A stretch of 64,000 bases of DNA, taken from assembly GCF_026210795.1 (NCBI RefSeq), contig NC_089429.1, positions 6,696,001 through 6,760,000 on the forward strand. The letters are read 5' to 3'. Positions within the stretch are counted from its first letter, which is position 1. Every line of letters begins with the position of its first letter. The notes under the pieces were generated by a model. The model saw only the letters and a list, made by a program, of their open reading frames with translations, had not been told where the DNA came from and searched no databases. Positions 52,321-64,000 of this stretch are shown here, one piece after another. The position numbers and the translations under genes are program-made. This stretch comes from Rhizophagus irregularis (lineage: Eukaryota).

Positions 52321-52759
52321 GATAATATATATACGAGTGTGAAAATTTTAAAGAAATTTTTTAATGGTATAAAATAGTGTATTCTTAAAAACGATATAGT
52401 TTTTTAATAGTAAAAAACAATGTAGTTTAACAGTAAAAATAATAAATTCTTTATAATTCTTTTTCTAACTTTCCTTTACTTGTATATTTTTCTGATATTT
52501 TTCTACATTTTATTATTTTTTTTTTACTTATACTAAGAGTCAAACTATTAATTAGATTTTATTTATTTATTTTTACTACACTAAGAGTCAAACTGAATAC
52601 TTCAAGACAAATTATTAATATATTAAGTCTCATTATCTAACCACTACACTATTTATTCTTTTTTTTTTAATTATTAATATTATATTTTATATTTACTGTA
52701 TCTTAAAATAAAGACATACCTAAACCTTTTATCTTTGTATTTGTGTATTTATATAATTC

Positions 52760-53330
52760 TTTTAAAGTATAGATTACGAAAATATATTACCAAAGTTACC
52801 TATTTGTGTAAATTTTATATAACTTCAAATTTATTCAAAATATTTTTACATTTTCATGTGTGGATTATGCAAAATCATATATTTATGTAAATTTCTAAAG
52901 TGTAGATTACTGAAACTACCTACTTGTGTAGAATTTATGAAACTTTTTAAAATACAAAATCGATGAAGTATTTCTTAAATCATTTTTATGTGTAAATTAC
53001 TTAAAATTGTATATTTAAAAAATTTTTTTAAGATGTAAAACTTCAAAACTACAGTATTTATGTAGAATTTATAAAACTTTTTAAGATGCAAAATAAATGA
53101 AGTATTATTTAAATTGATTTTATATATAGATTACTTAAAATCATATATTTAAGAAATTATTTCAAAATGTAAAACTTTGAAACAACTCATTCATGAATAA
53201 TTTATGGCACTTTTTAAGATATGCCTTTTTAAATAACCATGTTTAAGTGTAATTTATACAAAATCGTATATTTATAGATTTTTACGGAATGTAAGTTTCC
53301 AGAGATTATACATATTTGACAACTTTATGC
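52760..53330 (+). repeat. Degenerate ~120-130-bp tandem repeat
   Basis: Recurring gtagattac / aaaatcatatattta / tatttgtgtagaatttat blocks. Confidence 0.55.
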
Positions 53331-53528
53331 TAATATTTGCCTCATATAATCTCCTGATGATGGTAACCTAAAACCAAATTACCATGTAGTATATTTAACA
53401 CTATTTTTAACTTTTAAAAGTTAAAGTTTAACTATTTTAAGAATTAAAATTAATTTAATGTTAGTTTTATATAATTATAACTCAGTAATTTTAAATAAAA
53501 GGAATTTATAGGTAAACTAATACTAAAA

Positions 53529-55928
53529 TTTTTTTTTTTTTTGCTGCAGCTCATATAATTCTTTATTAAGATTTTTATAGAAACCAATTTTAATACAATA
53601 TACGTAGAACTAGTTATAGATCCTAAATAAATACTAAAAACTAAACCACCTATTAACTCACAATAGAGTAACTATGTGTGTACTGTCAGAGAAGGACTTA
53701 GGCTAGGGGAGTAAATATACCTTGAAGACCTCCTTTTTTAGAGAGATTTTCTCCTTCCGGTCTACACTATAAGTCCCCAAAAACTTATTGTTATTGCAGA
53801 TGAAACTCAAATTTAAACAAAAAAATAAAAGGAGTAACAACAGAAAAATTAAGGTAAAAAAAAAAATTAAAAAAGGGGTAAACTAAATAAAAAATATTAG
53901 TAATCTACAAATATGAAGTTTACTATAATATCTTTTACATTCTACCTATAGTCACCAAAGATAAGCAGTCATCCCATCAGTTCTCTAGCCTTTTTAGTAA
54001 CGATTTGATTTCTGCGAGTTTTTCAGATTCGCTACCATCCAAACCTTCAGTAAGAAGTGGCCGTAATCAGAAGCAGAACCAAAATTCAGCTAACAAGGTT
54101 AGACCAAATACTACAAATAACAAATCTAAGGAGAGTAAACCTTTTGGAAAGAAAATGAATTCTTCTACTTTCAAGAATCTAAAGAAACTAGTGATCGATT
54201 ATAAACTTTAGATAGTTGAGGTGAGAAATACTTAGTCCAAATACCTTCAAATTCTTGCAAGTTCAGCTTAGTATTCGTAATTTTATCTAAATCTGCACAA
54301 TTTTCGTAATATGTGATAAGCTTGCAGGTATTTTTCTCCTGAACCATTTTAAAAGTTTTGCATCCCAGATGGGATATAGGTAATTGGATAGAATCCGAGA
54401 GATATAGCATCAAGGTGGTGATATTTCCAGGTAAATTTTTTACTACAGCCCAAAATTGTTCTCTTTTCTTTTTTTATTGAAGATTCCAGTTAGCAGAATA
54501 TCATTGCCTTTTAAAGTAGTGGTCCAGACTTCTTGATTCCATAGACTCATAACCTACTTGTTGAAGTCAATTGAGACAGTGACTGTTGAACATTTCTTTT
54601 AACGTTTAGTCTTGAAAGCGATCACGTAACCCCATTTCTCAAGATGTTGAAGAAGTTCGAGTTGAGTCCAAGTGGAAGGGATGTTGTATAAAGTAATTTC
54701 CTGAACATTGTTCTTGAGTATTAGATCATATCTGGTCATTACTGATTGAATTTCTTTTGGAGAAGCGCATTGTTGTTTCTTCTTAACTGGCTGAGCTTTA
54801 CTATCAGATGCTATGCGCTTATCACGTTAATTTTTTGCCTATTACCAGAAGGAGTGGAGGAAATGTCATAAGTGCTGCCTACATCTAGATTCCTGGAGGC
54901 TATTTCTGCAAACATAACAATATGTCCTTTTCCTTTTGGGATATAAGGTACGGCTTTGACGTTCAATTTTATGTACTCTTTTTTAAGTTCTTTGTTGAAG
55001 ATTTGGCAATCACGTCTTCTGATTGGTATTCAATGTTTTGATCATCATATTCTACATCCATTAATTGGTGTTCGATATTTTTAAAAATTTCTGTTTCCAT
55101 CAGCTGTACTTGTGCTGATACTGGCATATCATTGGTTAGTTCTGTTGACTCAAACTGCGCCACTTTTGTTATTGAATAGTTTTGTCTATGTAATTCTTCA
55201 AAGAGACTTTGTACTCATCAGTAGAGTTCCAATCCGTCATCCGACGGATAATCACATTTTGACAGTTGTACGCTCATTTAATTAATATAAAAAAGCATTT
55301 TTTTTCTAAGGATATCCTAAGAGCATAATACAGTATATAATTTAATAAATAAACTTTTTTTTCAAAAATGAAAGTAAGGAGAAATTAGGAACGAATTAAA
55401 ATATCATCCGACAGATGAAAATTTCAATCTGACTAAGATTTCACCCCATTTATTTTATGTTCAATTAATTAAATAATGCATAGTCTGATCACCTTACATC
55501 GAATGCAGTTCCTAAATTATAAATTATGAAACATAAATGTCTCTTTCCAAAAATAAATGAGAAGAGATTGATCATTCGTCGGATGACGGATTGGAACTCT
55601 ACTCATCAGCAATAGCGGCGAGAGTAAACAACAAGTAGGTATGTTATACTTCATTTTTAACACCAAGTTCTTTAAGTACTGTTTTATGGGTTTTAGTAAA
55701 AGTTTCAGTATTGTTGTCAGTATTCTTAAGCAGGTAACATACGCTCTACATATCCTTAAATAGTGGTTGGATGAGTAAGTTCAACCTTCTGAAGGGCAAT
55801 ACGTAGTATTTCAAGAAAGTTCTTTCCATTAATATTGTATTCTGTGATCTTTTCAAGGTCAATATTGTTAGTGTATTTCTTCAAGTGAGACATTTTTAGC
55901 TATAAAATTAAAAAAAATAACAGATTAT
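53529..55928 (-). mobile_element. Complete TSD-bounded poly(A) retroelement encoding only a LINE ORF1-like protein (degenerate)
   Basis: TSD aactaatactaaaa at 53515-53528 and 55929-55942. T14 at 53529-53542. ATG at 55893. RRM-like ITLYNIPSTWTQLELLQHLEKWGYVIAFKTKR and QFWAVVKNLPG. No endonuclease or RT sequence inside. Confidence 0.78.
55222..55601. mobile_element. 380-bp hAT-type MITE
   Basis: Perfect 25-bp TIR tagagttccaatccgtcatccgacg. 8-bp TSD ctcatcag at 55214-55221 and 55602-55609. Confidence 0.93.
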
Positions 55929-55942
55929 AACTAATACTAAAA

Positions 55943-56292
55943 CCCTATAAAAAAAATTTTACTTAAAATATATTTAAAATATATTTAATTTTCTTTAAAA
56001 TATACTTAATTTTCTTATTTTATACTTAAAATATACTAAAAATTGAATTTTCACAAAATTTGAATTAAATTATATTTAATATATACTTAAACTATATTTA
56101 ATTTACACTTAAATTTGCTCATTTCTATATATTTTAAGGACATTTAAAATAAGAATATTTTAAGTATATTATTATATACTTAAATTATACTTAAATAATA
56201 TTTAATTTTTACCCATTTCAGTATATTTTAAGTATAAAATAAAATTTTAAGTTTATTTTAAGTATATTTTGGCAAAAATATTTTTTATAGGG
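55943..56292. mobile_element. 350-bp CMC-type MITE with AT-rich subterminal repeats
   Basis: Termini ccctataaaaaa...ttttttataggg with AA(A) flanks. Mirrored atacttaaaat/attttaagtat repeats. Confidence 0.8.
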
Positions 56293-56631
56293 AAATCTTG
56301 GTTTCTAAAAACTAAAATTGGTATATATTAATTTAATTCAAATTGATCTATTAGATTAAACTGTAATTCTAATAATTTAGACTTTAGACCAAACTGTTAT
56401 TAATATTTCTATTGGTATTATAGCTAATAAATTAGATTAATTTTCTATAGGTGATATTTATTAACTAAAATGTATATAGATCAAGTCTTAATCTCATTAA
56501 TCATTATAGTTTTTAACATAAATTTTTTATAGTTTCTTTAAAATCTTTGAATTCCAATTTGTATTTTAATAATATACAGTTTATGAGCAACCTTTTAGGT
56601 CTGAGCCACAATTACCTAGTATTCATTGATA

Positions 56632-56739
56632 CCGTAAAGTCCCGATAAAGTAATGCGTGCCGAGCACATCATAATGTAGGACAAAATTATCATAATTCTG
56701 GTAAGGGATGCTTTGGTGCATATATTCGGGACTTTACGG
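56632..56739. mobile_element. 108-bp Tc1/mariner-type MITE
   Basis: TIRs ccgtaaagtcccga / tcgggactttacgg with TA on both sides. Confidence 0.88.
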
Positions 56740-57491
56740 TATTTTTGCAATAACAAATATTCTATTACCGATAGGTACTGTTTAAATACTGTATTGCGTG
56801 AATTTTATATACTTATCATAGACCTTTTAAAAATAGTATATTATGCGCTGATGTAAATGAATAATTTTTATCACCGCTCTTTACTACATTGGTAGCCTTC
56901 TGAGGTAGCGTGATAGACTTCTTTCGAAAAGATGATGCAGTTATTATTTATTAATGCACAAATAATAAATCAATCCTATTGTACATTTAAAAAGAAAATT
57001 TAGATTATATGTTTGATATTCGCGACTCTGCGAATCCAAAGGAGCTTTTGGACAATAACAATCATACGTAATGTATCACAAGAACAATCAAATCAATCAT
57101 ACGAAAATTAACTAGATCAAAAACAAAACAAAAATAGAATTTATATTTAACTAAAAAAAAATATTGGAAACAAAGAAAAAAAATTTATAAATATCTTTAT
57201 TCATTTTGAGTATTCTTATAATGAAATTTTTCAGCTATTTTTATCCTGATTGAAGTTTTCTGTATAGAAAGGAATATGATATGTAATGTATGTAACGGTA
57301 GAGTTGTTTTTTTTGTATTTATACGACAAAAAAAAATTCATCTTTGGAACAATTATTTATTAGTATCTAATTATTTAGTATCTAATTAATAAAATTTAAA
57401 AATTTTTAACCCTTACAAAAACATGATAATATTATTACTAAAACCTAAACCTTTAACAAATAAATCATTTTAATAAATACAAATAACGAAT

Positions 57492-57588
57492 ATTGTGATA
57501 GTTGCGACAATTGTGACAGTTGCGACTTGCGACAATTGTGACGGTTGCGACAATTGCGACAATTGTGACGATTGCGACAATTGTGACG
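57492..57588 (+). repeat. 9-bp microsatellite-like repeat (ttgygacaa)
   Basis: About 10 copies of ttgcgacaa/ttgtgacag/ttgtgacga variants. Confidence 0.9.
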
Positions 57589-57751
57589 AGAAAATATGCT
57601 CGTGTACCATAAAAATATAATTATTATAAGATTTTATAACGCAAAAATGTTTAAACATAAGAAAATTTATGTTATGCAATTATTGCAAAATACAAGATAT
57701 GCAATATCATCCCCGACAGGCCACTGTCTTCGGGGCATGAATATTAATCAA

Positions 57752-58170
57752 TAATTATTATGATTAAATTATTATGATTAAATTATTATAATTAAATTAT
57801 TATGATTATATGTTTATTTTTTTCATCTCTCTTCTATAAGTTCGTCTTTATATATATAAATTTATTATCTCAATTCATATTTCATAATTAATTTAATTTT
57901 TTTTATTCTTTTCATCTCTCTTCTATAGTTCGTCATTTTATAAATATAAATTTATTATCTCAATTCATATTTCATAATTAATTTAATTTTTTTATTCTTT
58001 TCATCTCTCTTCTATAGTTCGTCATTTTATAAATATAAATTTATTATCTCAATTCATATTTCATAATTAATTTATTTTTTTTTTATTCTTTTCATCTCTC
58101 TTCTATAGTTCGTCTTAACATAAATATAAATTTATAATTTTTTTTTGTATTCTTTATAAGTTCGTCTTTA
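57752..58170 (+). repeat. 14-bp repeat (~4 copies) followed by an ~89-bp tandem repeat (~4 copies)
   Basis: attatgattaaatt repeats at ~57757-57810. ttttcatctctcttctata recurs at ~57821, 57910, 57998 and 58089. Confidence 0.9.
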
Positions 58171-58756
58171 TATATATATAAATTTTTTTATTATAAAAAG
58201 CAAAATTTCATAATTAAGTGAATCACAATTCTACCTTTACTGTCTTTTTAAATTTATAAAATTATTAATTGTGACATAAAAAAATCACTAACTGATCAAA
58301 AAAATATACTAAATTTATTAAAAAAAATATAAAAAGTTATATTTTTTTATTTTTTTTCTTAGAGAGCGAAGGGCGAATTTCTTCTGATTATCCATTCTCA
58401 ATCTTCTCTAAAAGATTCATAATGTGGGGCGATCCAATTATATAGAATTTAAAAAAGAACGGCGTTCGAAGTGTAACAAAGGACTATGTATTATTACGAA
58501 AGTTATGCAAAAGTTACATTATTGACGCATTATTAAGTAAAATATCAACTCATGCAGTCATATGTCTGTTTGCCCTGCATATATTACAAAAGTAACGCTA
58601 TTGATATAAACGAACTTTAAGTATCAGAAACAGCACTTCAGTCTGTATAACGGTTCTCGTTTCCTAGTTTTGAAATAATTTAATTAAATACTTTCGAATA
58701 CTGTACCAAGAAATATCATTTTCTCGAAAAAAAAAATATATATATATACACACATA

Positions 58757-58912
58757 CCGTAAACGTCTAAAAAAGGATTATATTAGCGGTGTGTCTAATG
58801 GTTAATGTACTTTAATTACTAGAGATTCTAATTTTTCAAAATTAATATAATTTTAAACACATTTATATAAATAATAATTTATAATTTATTTGCTATAAAA
58901 ATAATTTTACGG
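58757..58912. mobile_element. Possible mariner-type MITE remnant
   Basis: TA-ccgtaaa...tttacgg-TA, but only 7 bp of TIR match. Confidence 0.4.
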
Positions 58913-61844
58913 TACTACTATTTGATTTATTTTATTGAAATAAATTACTAAATAAATTTTACAAATTTAACTAATGATTATTTCATAGAATTATCCAAAT
59001 CGTCCTACGCCTCAAGCAATTAATTCAGCTTGCCCAAATCCATCAGTTGCTAGCTCTGAAAGACAATTATAATTTTATTATAAAAAAATGACCATGATAA
59101 AAATATCAACTTTTAATCATTTGTGAAAGAGATTTAAAAAAAGTGACTATATTTTTGAATTTTTTTTTTGTTTTAAAGATTTGGTTCGCACAATATTGTT
59201 TTTTAGTCTTCCTGTATGTCTACTCTGGACGCAACACCGATGACAGTGTCGCTCACAAATATTTAACTTTAAGATAACATACCTTACGTTAATGTACAGG
59301 TATATCTGTGGAAATATTCTGATAAAGTATATATGTGTTACGCTGTGTCGATAGATCCTGTAATTTATTAATAAAAACTAATGTTTACCGATTTGTTCTC
59401 TAAATTATCTTTATGCACCATTCGTATATCATTTGAATTTCCAACTCAAATTTGTCCTTTCCTAAAACCCTCGTACTTTTAACCGATTTGCGTATATTTT
59501 CGTTGTGAATTGGTCGTTACAGACGCGCTGAAAGAGGCGGAACAGTTCCAGAGATATTTTGTACGACCTGTTAATTTATCTACATCTCGTTCTTCGTTAT
59601 ATCGCCCAACATAAGTGGCAACATATGCCTTCATTCCATGATAAAATCACGTGATTTCAACAAATTTCGTTACCGGCGTCTAAATGGTCCTCAAGGTAAT
59701 AAAAAGTGTTGCTTTCGATTAAGTGATTAATCTTGTTGTTTTTGCTTAACCCAATTGATTGTTACCAGATAACAATTTTATACAGTTCAAAAAGGGATAT
59801 TTGTAAAAAAAAATTTAAATATCGCTTGTGACTAGCATCCTTACTATCGACACTAATAAAGGGCAGGGATCGAAAAAAAATCATTAAATAATTAGAAATA
59901 TAATGAACTTGATTCTTTAAAATAAAAAGAAACACAAAAATTTAATTAAACATACCTCGATTTACAAAATTTTCTTCATTCTCATTTTACATTATAAATA
60001 ATTTTGCCCCTGAGATTATTGTCCAAAATTAAGAATTGTCTCATTATCACATAAACTGTATGTGAGTTGACATTATTTCGTCCTCTTGTGTTGAATTTTA
60101 AGTCGAAAATTTAATGCTAAATACTGATTAGCAATGTTTAAATTTTCTTTTTTAAAATTTCATCATCTACTACGTTATTAATGTGCATAATTAGAAAATG
60201 CATAATAAAGGATTGCCTGGTGTAAGAATATTTCCGTATTGAAAAGAATATTAAATAATTAGAAATATAAAGATCTTAATTCTTTAAATAGAAAGAGATT
60301 TAAATTTACCTCAGTTACGAAAAAAAAAAAAATTCCGAGAGAAAGCGACTATCCTTGTGATATTTTCAGGCTTGCATCGATTTTGGCCCAAATTACCAAG
60401 TAATTATTTTCCAGGATTAAGGATTATCTTAAAAATAAAATAATTTTTTAAATAAATAAAGTAGTTTCAACGGATTTTGGTTCAAATATAAATTATATGT
60501 GATACCGTTTAATCCAACTCGATCGCTTTGCTGACAAATTTTTTTTGGTTGACGTTACATTATTGGTGGGTTCACCCTTTCGTCCTTTTGTTGCATTACC
60601 AAAGTCTATTGATCACTAAATATGAAAGGGATTTCAAATCATTAAAAAATTTTCTTTTAAATATTATGTTTTCTTCCAAATCGATCAATTCGATAAAAAT
60701 AATATTTTTACGTTATTTACGTTAATTGTGTTATTGTTGAAAGGAGTATTACTATACCAGCAATTTTTTCTATTGTTCGTGAAAATTTCCAAAACGAATA
60801 GAAATCAAAAGGTTAACGAGTAAATACAACTATGTATAACGATAAGAGTTGCATTATTGAGACTTGTGAAAATGGATATTTCTTATAGTAAAGTAAGGGT
60901 ACGGTGAAAAGAAGGTTGGGAATAATGAGCAAAATTCCAAACTCAACTACTAAAGCGCAAAAGAAATTTTTGTACTGAAAAAAAAGTTCATTAAACCAGT
61001 TTTCTCACACTCTTTTTTTTTTTTTTAAAAAAAAGACCTTAAAAGGAACATTTAAAATTTCAAACAACATACTCTATGTCGGTTGTTAAAAGTGTAATTT
61101 CAAATAATTTGAAAAAAAGACGACTTGGCCCTCCTTCTTGAACTGTACATATAATAAAGAAGGACCAAGTCGAAAGGGAGAATTAAGAAAAGAAAACCCC
61201 CCAAAATACACCGGATAAACTGTCAAATGTGTAGATATTCAATGAACATCATCACTCGCCAGGTCACGTGATTCAGCATAACGATGTAAAAATTGTAAAA
61301 ATGTAATAAATAATTTAAGAAAATGATTTTTTGAACGGGTTTGAAAAATCTAACGTGTTTCCAGGACTAACTTCATCATGCTCTGGCTCTTGTGTGCAGA
61401 TCATATACCAAAGAACCGGTAATACCAAGAACCAAGTACGGTCAACAAGAGTTATTCAAAATTTTCTGTCCGTTGTTCCCGTAAAAAGTATTATTCAAAA
61501 TTAGTACCTTTTTATTATTGGTAAATAATAAAAAATGATAATAACATGCATACTGAAAATCTGTTTGATAATAAAAAGAATAAAAATATGAAATACACAC
61601 AATATTATCATATTTTTCATATGGATTGTTGTAATTATTAAGCGGATGATCATTACGATTATTGAGCATAAAAGGACATAAAAAACTTATGCTCTAATTT
61701 GAAAATTTTTTTGTTTTTTCATTTTTTCCTAATTTGATGAGCCGCAGTTCCTTGTACGCTATTAATTGTTGAATAAAGTAGTGATTATCTCGGAATTCGC
61801 GATATTGATAATATTATTTCTATCAATTTACAGTTTTTCAGCAC

Positions 61845-62098
61845 ATGATTGTACCTATTGAATTAATTGGTTGTTTCATAATAATGAATAATGGATTTTT
61901 TTTATTTAAAATACAATTATGAAGCGGATATTACGGAAATAATATTAAAAGTTGACTCGTAATATAAATTTATTGATTATAAATCGTTTAGAAGTGTCGG
62001 CCGACTTTTAGTATTGTTTATGATTGTACCTATTGAATAAATTATTTGTTTCATAATATAAATGAGGATATTACGGAAATAATATTAGAAGTTGATAT
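61845..62098 (+). repeat. Imperfect two-copy direct duplication
   Basis: atgattgtacctattgaat and ggatattacggaaataatatta each occur twice. Confidence 0.75.
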
Positions 62099-62449
62099 TT
62101 ATTGAATTTTTCTGAATATTTAGTACAATTCAACGGTATGTATCATACCAAATTTGAAACTGTAAATCAAAAAAGAAATTCTTTTAATTTTTTTTTTAAT
62201 GTTACATTTTCGTGACAATTGTTATTCCTTTTTTTATCTCCATAGAACATAATCAACCCTTTATAGGAAATAAAAATTATTTTATGAATCACGTTATTTG
62301 ATCGTAGGATTACTTATAAAAAGGTACCTTCTCGCCTTCAATCATTTTCAAAAAGGTTTCTACTCAAAAAAATTTTTTTTTTTAATAATTATCATTAACA
62401 CTTAAATAAATTTATCGTTAAAATTTCTTACTTCCCTATTCCCTTACAA

Positions 62450-62686
62450 ATGTTTGATAGCGATTTAATTTCTTCAATTAATTTCCAATTCATAGATCGT
62501 TATCAAAATCTTGAAGAAAATTATTTAAATCATATAATTAAATTACAAAAAAATCTCAAAAATATTTCTTTTAATTTTGATAGCCTTCCTTTATATAATT
62601 CACTAAATAATCCTAATAATCCTAATCAATCCATCAATCTTTCGATTGTCCGCCTCTTCAACATTAAGGAGTCACTCCTGATATAA
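62450..62686 (+). pseudogene. Possible truncated F-box/LRR-family gene fragment
   Basis: ENYLNHIIKLQKNLKNISF resembles LRR segments of the 8485 family. Short, with no continuation. Confidence 0.3.
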
Positions 62687-64000
62687 TCGTTTAGATGAGT
62701 GATTGTCTAATGGTTAAGGAGATGATAAATAGAAATTTTCAAGGACTTGCTGGAATAGAAATGATGAAGGTGCTTCTCAGATTAACGAGAATCTCTTTTT
62801 ATGTTTAAAAGAGACCAATTGACGGTCTTAAAAATAATATAGGCTACACTTGTGTCATGGTCTCTAATATGACACAAATATAAAAAGTTTATTTCTTCGT
62901 GGATTATTCCACGAGGATTCAGCAATGAATGGCTCCTTGAAGTTTTTGATGAGTCAAATTCATTGCTAATACTCTTACTTGTAATATAGTCCTTGAACAA
63001 TGAATTATGACTAGATAAAATATAATTATTAGAATTATTGAACTTAGTAATTTTCACATAAGATGTATTATACAAGTTTTTTGTTATAAAAATAATCTGA
63101 TAAACGATCATTTTTCTAGTTTTTATTTAATAAATTGTTTTTTTTTTTAACTACAAAACTCACATGTGATCTTTTTTAATAACATGAATAATTACTGTAA
63201 GACACGTGATTCCACGTGACAACATGATGTCTAGGCCCTTGGTTTGACGCGACTAAAAATAAAATTAATTCTGCGCCTACCTGTTTTTGTTACCGAAATA
63301 AGTAATTATTTCCCATGTCAGATTTTTGATAAAGTTGTGCACATGACAACTAAATATAACTAACTATATTGATAACCCAATAACTTGCAAAGAAACCTGA
63401 TTCTTCTTTTTTTCAGCTTAATTTAAAATACTTTTTCATCCGAATGAGTAAAAATCATCTGAAAAAATTTAAAATTTTACAAAAATTGGGTACAACAAAA
63501 AATTACGCCAAGGACAGGGGTCAATAACTTTTGATTATGCACATTATGATCATGAGAACCATTTGAAAATAATATGCATAGTATTAACTTGTTTTAATTG
63601 CGGAATCTCCAATTCAGGTTAAAACAATTTTTTTTTTATCAATCATTGCCTTATCATCGGATAAGATATATTTTTTTTAAACGAATTTTACCGTATGTAC
63701 AAAGAATATTCACAGAATCATGGATGATAATTTTTCTGGATTATCCGGAGTATAAACTCCTCACATGCTAATTGCTAATTAGTATTCATTATACTGTATA
63801 TCATACATACTTTTTATTTCTTTAAATTTTACATTTTGGGCTTGGCAATGAATATATTTTAAGAATCATTTCTTTTAGACGTGTATTTTTTTTTTTAATT
63901 TTTTTAATGCCGTGGTTTGATTTTTAAGCGTTAATTATCTATTAATATTATTCGTTATCAGTATAATAAAAAAAAACAAGTCTAAAACCAGTTTAGAATA

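Noticed and set aside
57470..57679. 69-aa ORF with SQL repeats
   Set aside because: Translation of the 9-bp repeat.

Overview
Very AT-rich eukaryotic DNA with low gene density and many transposons. The gene families and short AT-rich introns suggest an arbuscular mycorrhizal fungus (Glomeromycotina, Rhizophagus-like); this is an inference. Three ORFs look intact: an F-box/LRR-type protein (8485-10155), a SWIRM-domain protein (24405-25355) and a small HMG-box protein (30954-31196). A cellular RNA-dependent RNA polymerase survives as two non-overlapping pieces in opposite orientations. The rest is mostly transposon debris with resolvable boundaries: three solo LTRs, LINE fragments, pogo-like and P-like transposase relics, several MITEs with target-site duplications (TSDs), tandem arrays, and a nested cluster at 45.4-51.1 kb. 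The best novelty candidates are (1) a TSD-bounded, poly(A)-tailed retroelement that encodes only a LINE ORF1-like protein, with a second relic of the same layout; (2) a 171/185-bp satellite carried inside a 9-bp-TSD Mutator-type element in an A-in-B-in-A nest; (3) a Cys/His mini-ORF inside solo LTRs. No tRNA, rRNA or CRISPR array was recognised. All family calls come from motifs read by eye; no database searches were run.
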